Notes under the pieces: model-generated | Seen by the model: the letters and a program-made list of their open reading frames with translations, nothing else | Told to the model about the DNA's origin: nothing | The model's database searches: none | Position numbers and translations under genes: made by a program | Shown: positions 37,154 through 49,200 of the stretch, piece by piece | How positions within the stretch are numbered: the first letter of the stretch is position 1 | Layout of the letters: every line of letters begins with the position of its first letter | Source: Amphiscolops sp. MND2022 | Lineage: Eukaryota | Assembly (NCBI GenBank): GCA_964187785.1 | Contig: OZ076411.1 | Coordinates: 37,386,001 to 37,450,000, forward strand | Direction: 5' to 3' | DNA length: 64,000 nucleotides

Positions 37154-39677
37154 TAGGCTTCTGCTTTTTTAAGTGCTACAATTGTAACACATGCGAAGGG
37201 AATTATCACGGAAAACAGAAGAGCTGAGAGTTTCTGATCAACTACAGTGTTCATCTATATTCAAAACTTTGAAGAAAGTAATAGAAAGTAATTTGCGATG
37301 TTACCTTTTCGAGATAATGGGCTAAATGTTTTTGGAAAAATAGTAGTATTTGAGAAAAACGTGTGTCATACAACATCTTGAGCAGCCCGATTTCTTCCAA
37401 AACCACAATTTAGTGCTGAAACTCATACTACGCATTCTGTGCACATGGTGATTGACAAAAAAGAGTAAAAGTTTGATGAGATTACTTTTCACTGTAATCC
37501 CAGGCTTCGAAAATGTTTACTTCAGATGCGCAGTTTTGTTATAAATAACGTCTTTTCGCGGCTCATATGATATCGGAGCCACTGGTACCAGTCCCATTTG
37601 TGTTTTTGAGTATCATGGGCCCCACTGGTTACGTCAGAGTGAATATTTTTGCTTCAAAAGTTGAATTTGAATTATCGACCTGACAAAAAAGGGGTATTTT
37701 GGTCGAAAATTTTCTACGTTACGTTCAGAATGTGTGAAAAATGACTGAAGACCGCGTGAAACTTTTTAAAAATCTTTATATTACTATAAATGGTTCCTTC
37801 GACGCCAGTAGGCCCGTTCTTGAGTATTAGGGCTATATATGACAAGCTTCGATGGAAATATTTTTTCAAAAACGACCAATTTGTAATATAAAACTAAGTT
37901 ATGAAAACCTTGTGAAACACCTATGATCTCGAAAAAACTTTTGTTTCACATTTGAAGCAAACTATTGAGTGTTTGTATTGAGTAGTTCCTAACAGAAACC
38001 ATGGATACCAAGGTTTCTAATTTAAAGCAAATAATTTTTTTCTGAGGTGTTTTTGACATATAGGGCACTGATAGTATCGAAAAAAAATCAAAAATGTTGA
38101 ATTTTCAAAAAATATAAAAACTTAACCTCTTTTGTGTTCAGTGCATTGCCACAGTCACGACAAGAAGGTTCCGACCATGTTTAACGGTCAACGTCCAAAA
38201 ACTAATGCATTTCGAGTTATGAGCGACCTTGTTAAAATTTTGCTCATTTTACTTTACTAGATGATCAAAAATTTGGCAATAAATTTTTATCAGGTTTATA
38301 GAACGCTTAGCGTCAGCAGGAACTTCGTTTCGGTTTAGGATTCGAGTGCCGCATGGAAAATTTGAGCAACTTCCAATGGTTCAATTTAAAATAGCTTTTT
38401 ATTTCCAAAATCTCTATCGTTGAATTTTGCACTATGAGCTCCCGCAGGACCCTACCCGCGCTCGCAAATTTTTTTGTGGGGGGGGGGGAATCCGCCACCT
38501 GGATTTCGATCGTTGTTGCCACCTCGAACAGAATCTTCAATACCACCTTTGCAGTCCACCATCCACGGGCTGCTTCGATACTGCTAGTCAAAACACCAAA
38601 CTTCCACTTCGCTTCACAGTGGGGAAGAGGGACGACAGAAACGATCAACCTATCGGCGATACACAAACACCGTTGCTGACCACCTTCAGCAGTCCTATCA
38701 ATTGCCCTCACCCAGACATGAGGCAAAAACCACGACTGAATTCAGTCGTGACAGGGCCCCAAAGTCAATTAGAGTAGCTTACCAAATGGTGGCCTAGCTG
38801 CAAATGTCATTAATTGAAGCAATCCAACGATAAGGAACTGCACATTAAACAAAGAATGTGCCGCGGGCACAAGCCTGACATCTTTAGGTGCCAGAGAAGA
38901 AGCGCAGGTAAAGGACGCGCCAATGTTTCTGCCTCCAACTGAGGATTTTCCTGGTCCTTGGTGTCCGGAGACTTCAAGATGCTATGGAGGCTTGGGAGCC
39001 GCTGGTATAAACTCGCCCCATGGTTGAATGACTGAGAGAGAGCGTCGCCTCGAAATGTGGTGCAAGACATGCTGAAAACACGCTATATCTCTGTATTTTT
39101 TGCGCGTCAATGGCATTGCTTTAGGACCGCAAGCTTGAGCTCAACGTGCAGGAGCAACGCTACATGCTTAGCATACAACTATTTTCAACCACTGGAGACA
39201 AATCCACAGTATGAGCAGTATGCAGGCGTTGTTTTTTAGAAGCAGGCGAGAGTTGGGAGGAGAATTCCCGCTTCGCACGGAACCTCACGTCATTCATGAA
39301 ACTGGCAAAGGGTCGTCTGCACGCTACTCTGTGATGGTCGATTCTACCTCCAACTCGAATCTACCTATAGCCAAAGTGATGGCGGACGTGACACTGATAG
39401 TGATGCCTTTGCCGCGGTTACCAGAGATAGCCGAGATGCTGGTGGCCATGTTTTCATGTGGACAGTATCATTAATCCTGAACCGTGACGTAAACGTAGAT
39501 GCCAGGTGAATAGCAAGGATCTGGACGTGCCCGCTGTCTTTGTATCGCCTTCCAGAATCATCTACCAGTGTAAAAACCATAGACGGTGTTTCTGTTGGAT
39601 AGAAGAAATGTGTGAAGCCCCTGGAGTTGATTTCATCATTTTTGCCCTCAAACCTGGGTTGGTACGGAGGGTCTGCG

Positions 39678-40591
39678 AGTCATGTCATACTGGGGATATC
39701 TGGCGTCGGTAACCCGACTGCTGCAGCCGACCGGGATGACTGGCAATACCCAATTGACACTGGAGGATGCCGCATACTGGGGAACGTGACCGTTTGCAGC
39801 TTATGGAACTACTGGAAGCCACATTTGCGGGAAAAGAGAAGGCCCACAGACACAACTGACTTTAGCGCGAGCAGTCCCTTGTTCCTTTGCGTGAAGAACT
39901 TACAGAACTGATGGACCAGGTGGGCCGGTGTCCAGTCAGCCGCGAAGTGGAGCGAACTATTTCTCAAATTGGATTTGCCGCAAACATTGGACTACACCAG
40001 CTACCTTTGGAAGTGGGTGGTATGGTTGTCCGAGAGACCGTGGTCCGAGCAAAAAGGGCGCAGAACCGCTCTCTCTTATGATGGCTGGTATTCCACAATG
40101 CGCGAGGGCAGGATGAAGGACAATCCGCTGCATTAGTCATGTCATACTGGGGATATCTGGCGTCGGTAACCCGACTGCTGCAGCCGACCGGGATGACTGG
40201 CAATACCCAATTGACACTGGAGGATGCCGCATACTGGGGAACGTGACCGTTTGCAGCTTATGGAACTACTGGAAGCCACATTTGCGGGAAAAGAGAAGGC
40301 CCACAGACACAACTGACTTTAGCGCGAGCAGTCCCTTGTTCCTTTGCGTGAAGAACTTACAGAACTGATGGACCAGGTGGGCCGGTGTCCAGTCAGCCGC
40401 GAAGTGGAGCGAACTATTTCTCAAATTGGATTTGCCGCAAACATTGGACTACACCAGCTACCTTTGGAAGTGGGTGGTATGGTTGTCCGAGAGACCGTGG
40501 TCCGAGCAAAAAGGGCGCAGAACCGCTCTCTCTTATGATGGCTGGTATTCCACAATGCGCGAGGGCAGGATGAAGGACAATCCGCTGCATT
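39678..40591. repeat. Tandem duplication, 2 x 457 bp
   Basis: Units 39678-40134 and 40135-40591. Identical ORFs at 39887/40344 and 39928/40385. Confidence 0.95.
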
Positions 40592-40796
40592 GGTGGTTTA
40601 TCTGCAGTAGGGATGAGACTGAGGCTCGGCTGGTCCCGGATGGCCTACCCACCGAAACTGCTAGCCAAAGTAATGAATGCATTTGCCGATATGCGAGAGG
40701 TACTGGCTCTGATTTCGGTAGTGTGACCGCAAAAGTCCGCTGTTGGACCTCTGGCTATAGTGATTAAGTTTGCTGTTGTGGACATTCTGATGTATA

Positions 40797-41604
40797 CCCG
40801 GGTTTCCCGACCAGGACGATCATAATCTGACCATATTATGGCACCATACAAATCATACAAATTTCCTTACTATGATCTTGCCATGATCGGCCTGCAATCA
40901 TATATGGTCCAGAGTATGATAAGCCTGGAATCATAAGTTTTTGTTCCAAACGCGGGTTGACGTGACATGCAACCCAAAACAATATTCAAATATTGAGTGC
41001 AGCCAGCTTTATAGGCTGAGGGCAATGGAGCCACATTCGACCTTTGGTATCTGCGAACGATACATTGCAAGTCTGAACTCCGTTAAACTTTAAGCGGAGT
41101 TGAAGACAAACTATAGTCACTCAATTTGTTCTCAGCTACTGCTTAGTTAATAACTAACTCTTTTGTTATAGCAGTACTCACTTTGCAGTGTGATTTTCGA
41201 TTATTTCGAGAAATATTACCAATAATTCAGCAAAAACTGCCAAAAATTGATGATTGCTATCTTTTTTTCAATTTGGTGATTTTATTGGACTTTTGGTCGA
41301 GAAACATCTTGTAATTTCATCAGTGTATGCGTTAATTGACTACATTATCCTAATTTTCTTTTTATGTCTCCAGGCTCACCATACTCTGGGCCATAAAGGT
41401 TTATGGTTCCAGGCTGATCATAGACTGAACCATATATGGCCCAGAATATGGTCAGGCTGGAACCATAAACTTTGCTTTTTCAATGGAACATGGCGTATCA
41501 TAGACTGGACCATATATGTCCAGAGTATGGTCAGCCTGTATTCATACTGTGAGTATGATGGCAGAGTACGATTGACCTGTTTTTGTATGGGAGGGAAACC
41601 CGGG
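40797..41604. mobile_element. 808-bp non-autonomous DNA transposon (MITE) with 12-bp TIR CCCGGGTTTCCC, TA flanks and subterminal repeats (EnSpm/CMC-like)
   Basis: ta|cccgggtttccc ... gggaaacccggg|ta. Repeated ctgaccatat / atatggtccag motifs occur near both ends. No long ORF. Confidence 0.7.
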
Positions 41605-42726
41605 TAATTTTGTGGACATTCTCATGCAAAATTTTGTCTTTGCAGTACTTGCAAGAGGGCAACTACAAACTACGGTGGGATACAAACTCTGATCCAATTC
41701 CATTTATACGTTCCTGCGGGGTATAATACCAACGCCTTATGACTGAGTCCTAATCGATGTCACCCCTCTGGCTGTACCTATGCATATTCGACAATTTAGA
41801 CCGAGAAGCAACAAGAGGAGAACCTGCTGGGAGTCCTGCGCGCTCGAACAAAGAAGACGTAAGCGCTTCCCAGGGAATATGGACTAGTCACCCTTTCCGT
41901 TTCTTCTGGTCAATGGACCTTTTGCGTAAACCGCACAGTACGAGGGAAACCTACGTAGAGTTCTACTGATACTGAAAGGATGACGATGTCCGGAGATATG
42001 CCCACAAACGTAAAGGGCAGTGTCATTGAAATCGTGAGGTCCGATCTTATGCAGGTGTAGAAGATCAGCGTCTGGTCAACGGAATATAAAATCATGATTA
42101 TAACAAGCCGGGGTGTACCTGAAAACGTGTCGCTTAGGACGTGGTTGGTGCTAAGAAGCCTCGAACGAGACAACACAGTAAGGCGCCCTCGTTGATTATT
42201 TCACTGGACCAGCCTCTGACGAAGCAATGGATGCCTCCAGCGTAGTTGACGCCACGCTGTTCATAGCCACTGATCTAGCAAGCGTTGGCGGAATACATTC
42301 TCCCGACATCGCCTCCTTATGGACGCTAGTGCAACCGATTCAAGAGCTGGCATTAGAATTAACCATCGACGAGGCAAGTGCCCAACGCTTCAAAGGAGAG
42401 CGTCGTTGAGCAGCCCAAGTAGAGATGATGACCATTGTGAGGCTACTTCGACCAAGTCCCGCCACCTTCCCCAGACTGAAGATAGCCATTCACGCATTGT
42501 CGTGCCGTAGGTTGGAAACAGGTGAGCTTGCGAGCTTGCCTGAACAGTAAAAAACTATAAAAAGAAACGATCACAATGATTTCTGTGCATTACTATTTCT
42601 ACTCTAGTATACTGATTATCTCAAGCTATGTGCTGGTGTTAGTATAGTGCTCGTTTTGTTCATTGTTAGTGCGTAGTTTCAGTACTTGGCGTGGCAAAAG
42701 TGCGCATCTCCTACGTTGGATATATA

Positions 42727-43008
42727 ACAAGACGCCCGCTAAGCACCGGGATATTTTCCGCGACACTCTTATTGCAAAAAAGTATGGCGAAGGAGAGGAT
42801 CGAACCCACGATCTACTGGCTGGGAAACACGAAAAAATTTCAAGCACCAGCCCGGGTTCGAACCCACTACCTACTGGCTGGAAAAGCAATGAGTGAAGTG
42901 CACTTCACTCGATGGAGTGGAGATAAAGTGTAGTTTTGACAGAATTTGTAAAAAAAACGCGTCACAGATCATGATTTTCCTCCCCCATTTATGTGGGCGG
43001 AAAATAAC
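42727..43008 (-). mobile_element. Family B Helentron-associated element, second copy, carrying two tRNA-like 3' halves
   Basis: Same termini as 34747-35014: 5' tattttccgcccacat..gggggaggaaaat; perfect 10-bp subterminal IR gcggaaaata; 3' CTTGT; T|T site, no TSD. Interior (-) ttccagccagtag..GGTTCGAACCC and cccagccagtag..GGTTCGATCC..ttcgcca. Confidence 0.7.
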
Positions 43009-43099
43009 AATGAAAATTGAAAAGGAAGGAACAAAATGTTATTGTGGAATCAATTGTTTTCTTCGCTCCGCGAGCCGTGTTCTCTAGTCTTAACTGGCC

Positions 43100-43957
43100 C
43101 AGTGGTAGAACAAATTTTCAAGCATGGGACCATTGCTGAGTTTCAACCTCTCAACTGATTGCTTTCAACTGATAGGTCTAGCGTCAAGTGTCTTTGTGAA
43201 GGAGCTTACTGCCTGTCTTGTCCGTGACTGGCTCGCTGGAGATAAATCCGTTCCAAGCTCTTGAGCTGGTGGTTTTTTGAACTTATTCTTAAGGTTTGCT
43301 AGAAAATTTGCATCGTGCTTTGAGTAAGCAAAAGTGCAGTACCCTGAAAGGTGAAAAAAATACAAGGTTGAGATCTTGACATCGAAGCTTGACCGACAAA
43401 AGATGAATCAGTTACGAATCGTCTCCGTACTTGACAGGAAACATTTGTTGAAGCTGATTTTGGCTCACAGCCGAGAATGCTGGAATACCTGCGAGAAGTG
43501 TCAACGAACATTAAGAGAAGCCGCCGCGGGATTGAGCTAGCGAAAAGACGTGTGAAAAGAATCAAACTGTGATCAAAAATTGTGTGCCAGCGGCTGGCAA
43601 AAAACTTATTTTGCTTGTTGCAACTACACTGCCGATAGCCCAAAATGCTGTATGAGTGAGCGTTGCCCCTGCAGTGCCCGAAATGTTCCCCAGCTTGCGG
43701 GCTGGAAAGACTATCGCCGATAAACTTTTTATTTTCTTGTCTTATTGTCATTTTTTGTTGTTATTCCATGTTGTTCAGATTTGTATGCTCGGTAGCTGCT
43801 TTGATGGAAAGTTAGTTTTTATATGTTTTGTTGAAATTGATCGATGTTGCTGAATTGTTTTTACATTGGCTACTTCATCGGTGGTCCTCAGGACGTAAAT
43901 TTGCTGGATGCCCGTTATTCATAGCTGTTGAAAACCGGATTAAAATTGGAGAGCATC
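43100..43957 (-). mobile_element. Degenerate retroelement-like flank (possibly BEL/Pao gag-protease) interrupted by the young gypsy
   Basis: Coding-like decayed sequence (ORF 43299-43751, HSYSILGYRQCS weakly like the BEL protease motif). It continues across the GCATC TSD at 59144. Weak. Confidence 0.3.
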
Positions 43958-45058
43958 TGTCATGCCCGCCAAGCATGAAGAAATGAAATAAACTCTAAAA
44001 CATTAGTTCTTACATCAAACTCCCTAAAATACAGATCATCATGTAAATACATTGCAGTAATTTATTAGCTAAATATCACAGTTGGCTATACGACGACTGA
44101 AACTAGCAGTCATCAATACCAAATTTCGTTTATGTTATGGTGCATCGTTTAAAAGCTAAAACTGAAATATTCAATCATTTCCATATTTACGACTGAAACA
44201 ATCAGTCATCATCCACAGTGATAGTGCATCGTTTAACCGTTCTTTATCCATTTTTTATATTACATGTAAAGTATTACCAGAATATTCAATCATTTCGTTC
44301 ATTCATATTAGCAATTTGTACAATGTCCTGCAGTAATTATCCTCCAAACGATAATCGAATCAGTCACCATGATGATAAGAACACGCGGTAGTGAAGCCTC
44401 AGTTTAAAGAGCAATTGAGACAATTAAGTGCTAAAATGACTGGTGCTTGCGGTCATACTAAATCAAACACGAACAATTAAACGCCGATCATCACCCGTCA
44501 TGACTGGAACCACCAGTCGTCAAGTGCAATTAAATAGTAATTAGCAAGTCGAATGTTATTGGCTGAAAGAGAAAAGGTGCTAACACACCTTGATAGTGAC
44601 ACGGTCGGGTAAAACCGAACTCATTAACGAATTGTGACCATTGATATAACCGGTTGCTTACTACCTTGCTTACCAGTCATCAATAGTTGTTATAACATTA
44701 AAATACTTCAATTCAACTTAAAACTTCAGACTTTTCATGGTAATCACCAGATCTCAAAGTAGTCGAAATAGACAGATTGATACTGAGAACATGGATAGAA
44801 CTAGTGATAATGAAAGTGAAACCAGCTTCCCTGAACTCTTGTCTAGAGAACAAATGGTAGACCTTGACTCTGATGACGTTTTAACTAGACGTCAAAATAG
44901 TAGTAATTACGACATTGACCGAAGATTTAACGAGATAAATAGGCAAATCGGAGACCTTACAAACATAGTCCTCACGCTAACCAACCAGTTTGCCTCCGTT
45001 AATGGAGAAGGGAATAGACTGAATCCAGTAACTACTAGTACTGACAGTCGTTCCGACA
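43958..45058 (+). repeat. 5' LTR (1101 bp)
   Basis: tgtcatgccc...gttccgaca, followed by PBS. Confidence 0.96.
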
Positions 45059-46275
45059 TGGTGACAGGAGTCTCGAATCCACGACCATCAGGATCCCGAA
45101 CAACACCACCCAACGGGACACCAAGGAGTGACGAAAGCATGCCGCAAATAGCAGATGTGATGACGGAAATCCACCATCTCCGAAGTACAATGGGGGAAAC
45201 CTTGACGCACCCAAAAATTCTGCAGACCCAAGTACCCCTATTCAAGGGAAACCGAGACAAATACAATGAATTCGAGCATTTATTGCTCAACCACTTACGA
45301 CCACATGCCCACAAACTAACCGAAGAACAAAAACTCAACTACTTCCAGAGTCTTCTCAGGGATGATGCAATTGAGTTTTGGCAAACCCTAACAATCACAA
45401 CAGAAACGACACTGAGAGATATACTGACGGCATTCAAAAAAGAATACGCAAAGGAAGAACTCTCAGAAGTCTCGAAGTTCAAATTCGACCAACTACGATA
45501 CGATCCAGCTACTGAGTCATTCAGTACCTTCCTCGCCAATTACAAAAAGATTGCCAAACAAGCCTATGGCGAAAAAGCACAGGAAATCGTCCAGACTTTC
45601 CTATTTGCCAAATTACCCATCCAGCTCCAAAACGAACTGGCAATTGCAGGAAAACACAATGCCAGCATTGAAGACATCAAAACATTCGTCCAGAGAAGAT
45701 GTCAATATGCCCAGTTACTACCAAACCAACAACTGCTCCAACCGTTCAATCAGGCTATTCAGACGCAAGAAGTCCCGAACAAGTCAGTCACCCAGAAACG
45801 AAATGAAACTGATCGACCAACAATCAAAAGGAAATTCGACGGCAACTGCAGATACTGTGCGATATACGGACACAAATGGGCAGAATGCCGAAAACGACAG
45901 CGAGACGAGGCAGCAGGTAACAACAACTCCCAGGCACAGAAAAAGCCCGAACAACAGAACAACAACCACGCAGAAACACAACCGAAATACAACGCCAAAC
46001 TGGTCTGCCAAATCTGCGGATATACAGGCCATTCTGCAAAAGACTGTAGGCATAGAATACCTCAAACCTCTGCCTACGGAAGTGTGCCCTACAACAGGCA
46101 AATCACAACTGAAAACAGGGATTTCCGACGTGACTTTAGAAGAGCACACAACAGCCCTTACCCAGCAAATGAAATGAATGACGTTGCACCAGGGGACCAA
46201 CAACAACAAATCAGTGATGAATACTACCAACAGGACTTCATTGAACCATCATCTAGCCAGCCAAAAAACTTCTAA
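44737..46275 (+). CDS. gag: Gag polyprotein (512 aa) with two CCHC zinc knuckles; starts inside the LTR
   Basis: Open ORF; capsid-like region (FEHLLLNHL..KLNYFQSLLRDDAIEFW); CRYCAIYGHKWAEC and CQICGYTGHSAKDC. Confidence 0.93.
   Translation: MVITRSQSSRNRQIDTENMDRTSDNESETSFPELLSREQMVDLDSDDVLTRRQNSSNYDIDRRFNEINRQIGDLTNIVLTLTNQFASVNGEGNRLNPVTTSTDSRSDMVTGVSNPRPSGSRTTPPNGTPRSDESMPQIADVMTEIHHLRSTMGETLTHPKILQTQVPLFKGNRDKYNEFEHLLLNHLRPHAHKLTEEQKLNYFQSLLRDDAIEFWQTLTITTETTLRDILTAFKKEYAKEELSEVSKFKFDQLRYDPATESFSTFLANYKKIAKQAYGEKAQEIVQTFLFAKLPIQLQNELAIAGKHNASIEDIKTFVQRRCQYAQLLPNQQLLQPFNQAIQTQEVPNKSVTQKRNETDRPTIKRKFDGNCRYCAIYGHKWAECRKRQRDEAAGNNNSQAQKKPEQQNNNHAETQPKYNAKLVCQICGYTGHSAKDCRHRIPQTSAYGSVPYNRQITTENRDFRRDFRRAHNSPYPANEMNDVAPGDQQQQISDEYYQQDFIEPSSSQPKNF
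45059..45071 (+). promoter_or_regulatory. Primer-binding site
   Basis: TGGTGACAGGAGT directly after the LTR-terminal CA; TGG is complementary to tRNA CCA. Primer tRNA not identified. Confidence 0.75.
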
Positions 46276-49200
46276 AGCCACGTCATTCGACCGACCACTA
46301 CAATAACAAAGTGCGCAACACAAACAACTACTACTACACAAAAAACTACAAAAAATGGACAACTGATCTTCGGCAGGATCAGAAACCCATGACTTCAATT
46401 ACCCACGAGACAACCAACAACGAAGCGAACTCCCCATCCGAACCAACGGATGTGAAATTACAACCGACAGAAGACGGACAGCACTCTAACTTGACTACGA
46501 CGACTGACTGTACAAAGAAAACAACAAACCGAAAGAAGGACGTGGCGATCCAGGTGTTAACAGCAACACTTCAGTTAAACAAAAAGGACAAGATGTTATA
46601 CGTCCCATTGCAATTCAGAGCATACGAAAACCATGGACTCCTCGACACGGGAGCAATAAGAAGTGCCATGTCAGAAGACGAACTCAGACGAATCCTGTCT
46701 GCACACCCAGCTGCACTCCTTGAGGAATACCCAGCACCGGACTTCAAAGTCCAAATTGCCAATGGGAGTATCGTCCCAGTCCGGAAACAGGTATTGCTCC
46801 GCTTTTTCATCGGTGGTAAAGTATTCGAGGAAACCTTTATGATTTTACCAACCATGGGCAACATCTTGATCGGAATGTCCTTCTTCAAGAAATACTCAGT
46901 GACGCTTGACCTTGCCAATAACGTAGTCAAATTCCCAGACATTACCCTGCAACTTAAACCAGAAAGAGGACGATACAAAGTCCAGATGCTCGAACTACGT
47001 ACATCGCAAAAAATAGTGGTACAACCGGATCACCAAATCATGGTCCCTGTCATAGCAGAAAAGGACCTCGGGACAATCCAGGGCACTGTAGAAACCTTTC
47101 CAGCCTTTGAAAGAAAGACCCAACTACTAGTGTCCCCCGCCTTAACACAAATCACTGAGATGAAAAGCCATGTCCAGATCACCAACCTTACCTGCCACAC
47201 AATCACCCTTAACCCGAACACAACGGTGGCCACATTCAGAATAATGACCCCCAACCAGGCAAAGAACCTACAACCGATGTCAAACGAACAATTGACACTG
47301 ATCACCAAATACCCAGACGAAGCTGATAATGTACTAAACCAGCTGTTCCAAGAGCCTGGCACCGAAACCAACCGTCGATGGTACCCAACACCGGAGACCT
47401 GTGACGACCCGTCCAAGTTGAACCGCATTGAAAGACGGATATACGACGAAATCACTAAACTCCGTGAAGAAGAAAAACTGGACCCAACAGCAGACGATAA
47501 ACAACGCCAGGAGTTCCTTGCCAGCTTCAAATGGGAAAACTCAATCCTGGATGAGCACGAACGACAACAGATTGAGAACCTCCTTGTGAAGTATAACAAT
47601 GTGTTCGCCAGACACCGCCTTGACATAGGCATCAATACCGATTTCAAAATTAAACTTACCCCGAAGCATGACGAGCCAGTTTACGCACAGAGTTTGCCCA
47701 CACCCACAAATCTCAAAGACGACCTGCTCGTCGAACTAGCGCTGATGCAAGAGTACGGGATAATCACGACGTTGCCATACAGCAAGTATTCCTCACCAAT
47801 ATTTGCTCAACGCAAACCCAATGGGAAACTTCGCATTCTTGTAGACCTGCGCAGAATCAACCACCTTTTGAAAAATGATTACAACCAACATAATCATCCA
47901 GTCACCACCATCGCCGACGCCGCCCAGCACATGGCAGGGAAGAAGTATTTCTGCAAGCTGGACTGTTCGCAGGCGTACCACTGTTTGCAGATGGCGGACG
48001 AACAATCCATACAACTCTTGGCATTTAATTTTGGAAGTCGAACCTTTGCTTATCTACGACTGGCACAAGGACTCAATCGATCCCTATCAGCATTCAACAG
48101 CACGGTGCGAGAATACGTCGACGCACTGGTGAAAGCGGATAAATGTGCCCAATATGTCGACGACATTGGGATTGCTGCCCACACTGTAGATGAGCTACTG
48201 TCAAACATTGAAGCTGTGTTCCAACAAATCCAAAAAGCAGGACTGAAATTGTCGATGTCAAAATGTGCGTTTGGCCACCCACAGATCGACTTCCTCGGAA
48301 GAAGCATCACATCAAAGGGTGTTGCCCCACTCGAAGACAAGATAGACAACTTCCTCAAGAAGATCAAATTGCCCACATCAGTCAAATCCCTCCAAAGGTA
48401 CATCGGGTTCGTCCAGTTCTACAGGCAGTACATACCACGCCTAGCAGAAAAACTCACCCCACTGTACAAACTACTTCAAAAAGACGTCAAATTCCAGCTG
48501 ACCCAGCAGCAAAAGGACATTATCTTCGAGATTAATGAAAACCTTGCCAAAGCCGCGAAACTTTCGCTGCGTCTGCCGTTACCCGATAAACAGCTTGTTA
48601 TAATGTGTGACGCCAGCGAGCATGCGGCAGGATATGTCCTCCTGATAGAAGACTACACCGAAACTAACGACGGACCAATGAAGACGTACGCACCAGTATC
48701 ATTTGGATCCCAACGATTCACGGAGGGCCAAATGTCACTTACTATGTATGCAAAAGAATTCCTGGCAATGCATTTTGCATTCGACGAATTTGCACACATA
48801 CTCTGGGGTGTCAAGAAACCAACAATCGTAATGACGGACAATAAAGCACTAACCCGTTTCTTCCAGTCCAAACGAATTCCACCGAAGCTATGGAATTACT
48901 GCGATCAGACGCTTCAATTTGAATTCGTACTTGCCCATGTTCCCGGAACCGAGAATCCTGCTGCAGACTACCTGTCTCGTCTAGACATACGACCGGAGGA
49001 GAGAATCCACCTCAAACTCAACGACGAGATACCAGTCTTCCACGTCGAGATCGATCTGGCGTCACGAACACCGAAGCAGGACGAAGAAGAAGAAGAATAC
49101 ATACCTGATGACCAACAAATCACCACCACCAAACAAAATGAAGCCATCAACGCCATACTGGACCAGGTCCCCATATGCAGTGACGAATCGAGTGGACAGT

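Larger units (their letters stand above)
39240..42420 (+). pseudogene. Decayed homolog of the antisense hAT-derived gene found at 52952-57216
   Basis: GC-richer island with frameshifted pieces matching the intact gene in the same order: SLWNYWKPH vs NLWDHWKGREH; LMDQVGRCPVSREVERTI vs LLDKSCRPVSLEEDRRI; TSYLW..GWYSTMREG vs ASYLW..SWVSSMRGE; LLGVLRAR vs VLAVLKMR; PDIASLW vs DDAVSLW. Compared by eye only. Confidence 0.5.

Noticed and set aside
43092-43140. A-box-like TGGCCCAGTGG followed by a B-box-like gagtttcaacc
   Set aside because: No tRNA fold and the B box is poor; may be chance or a very old SINE head.
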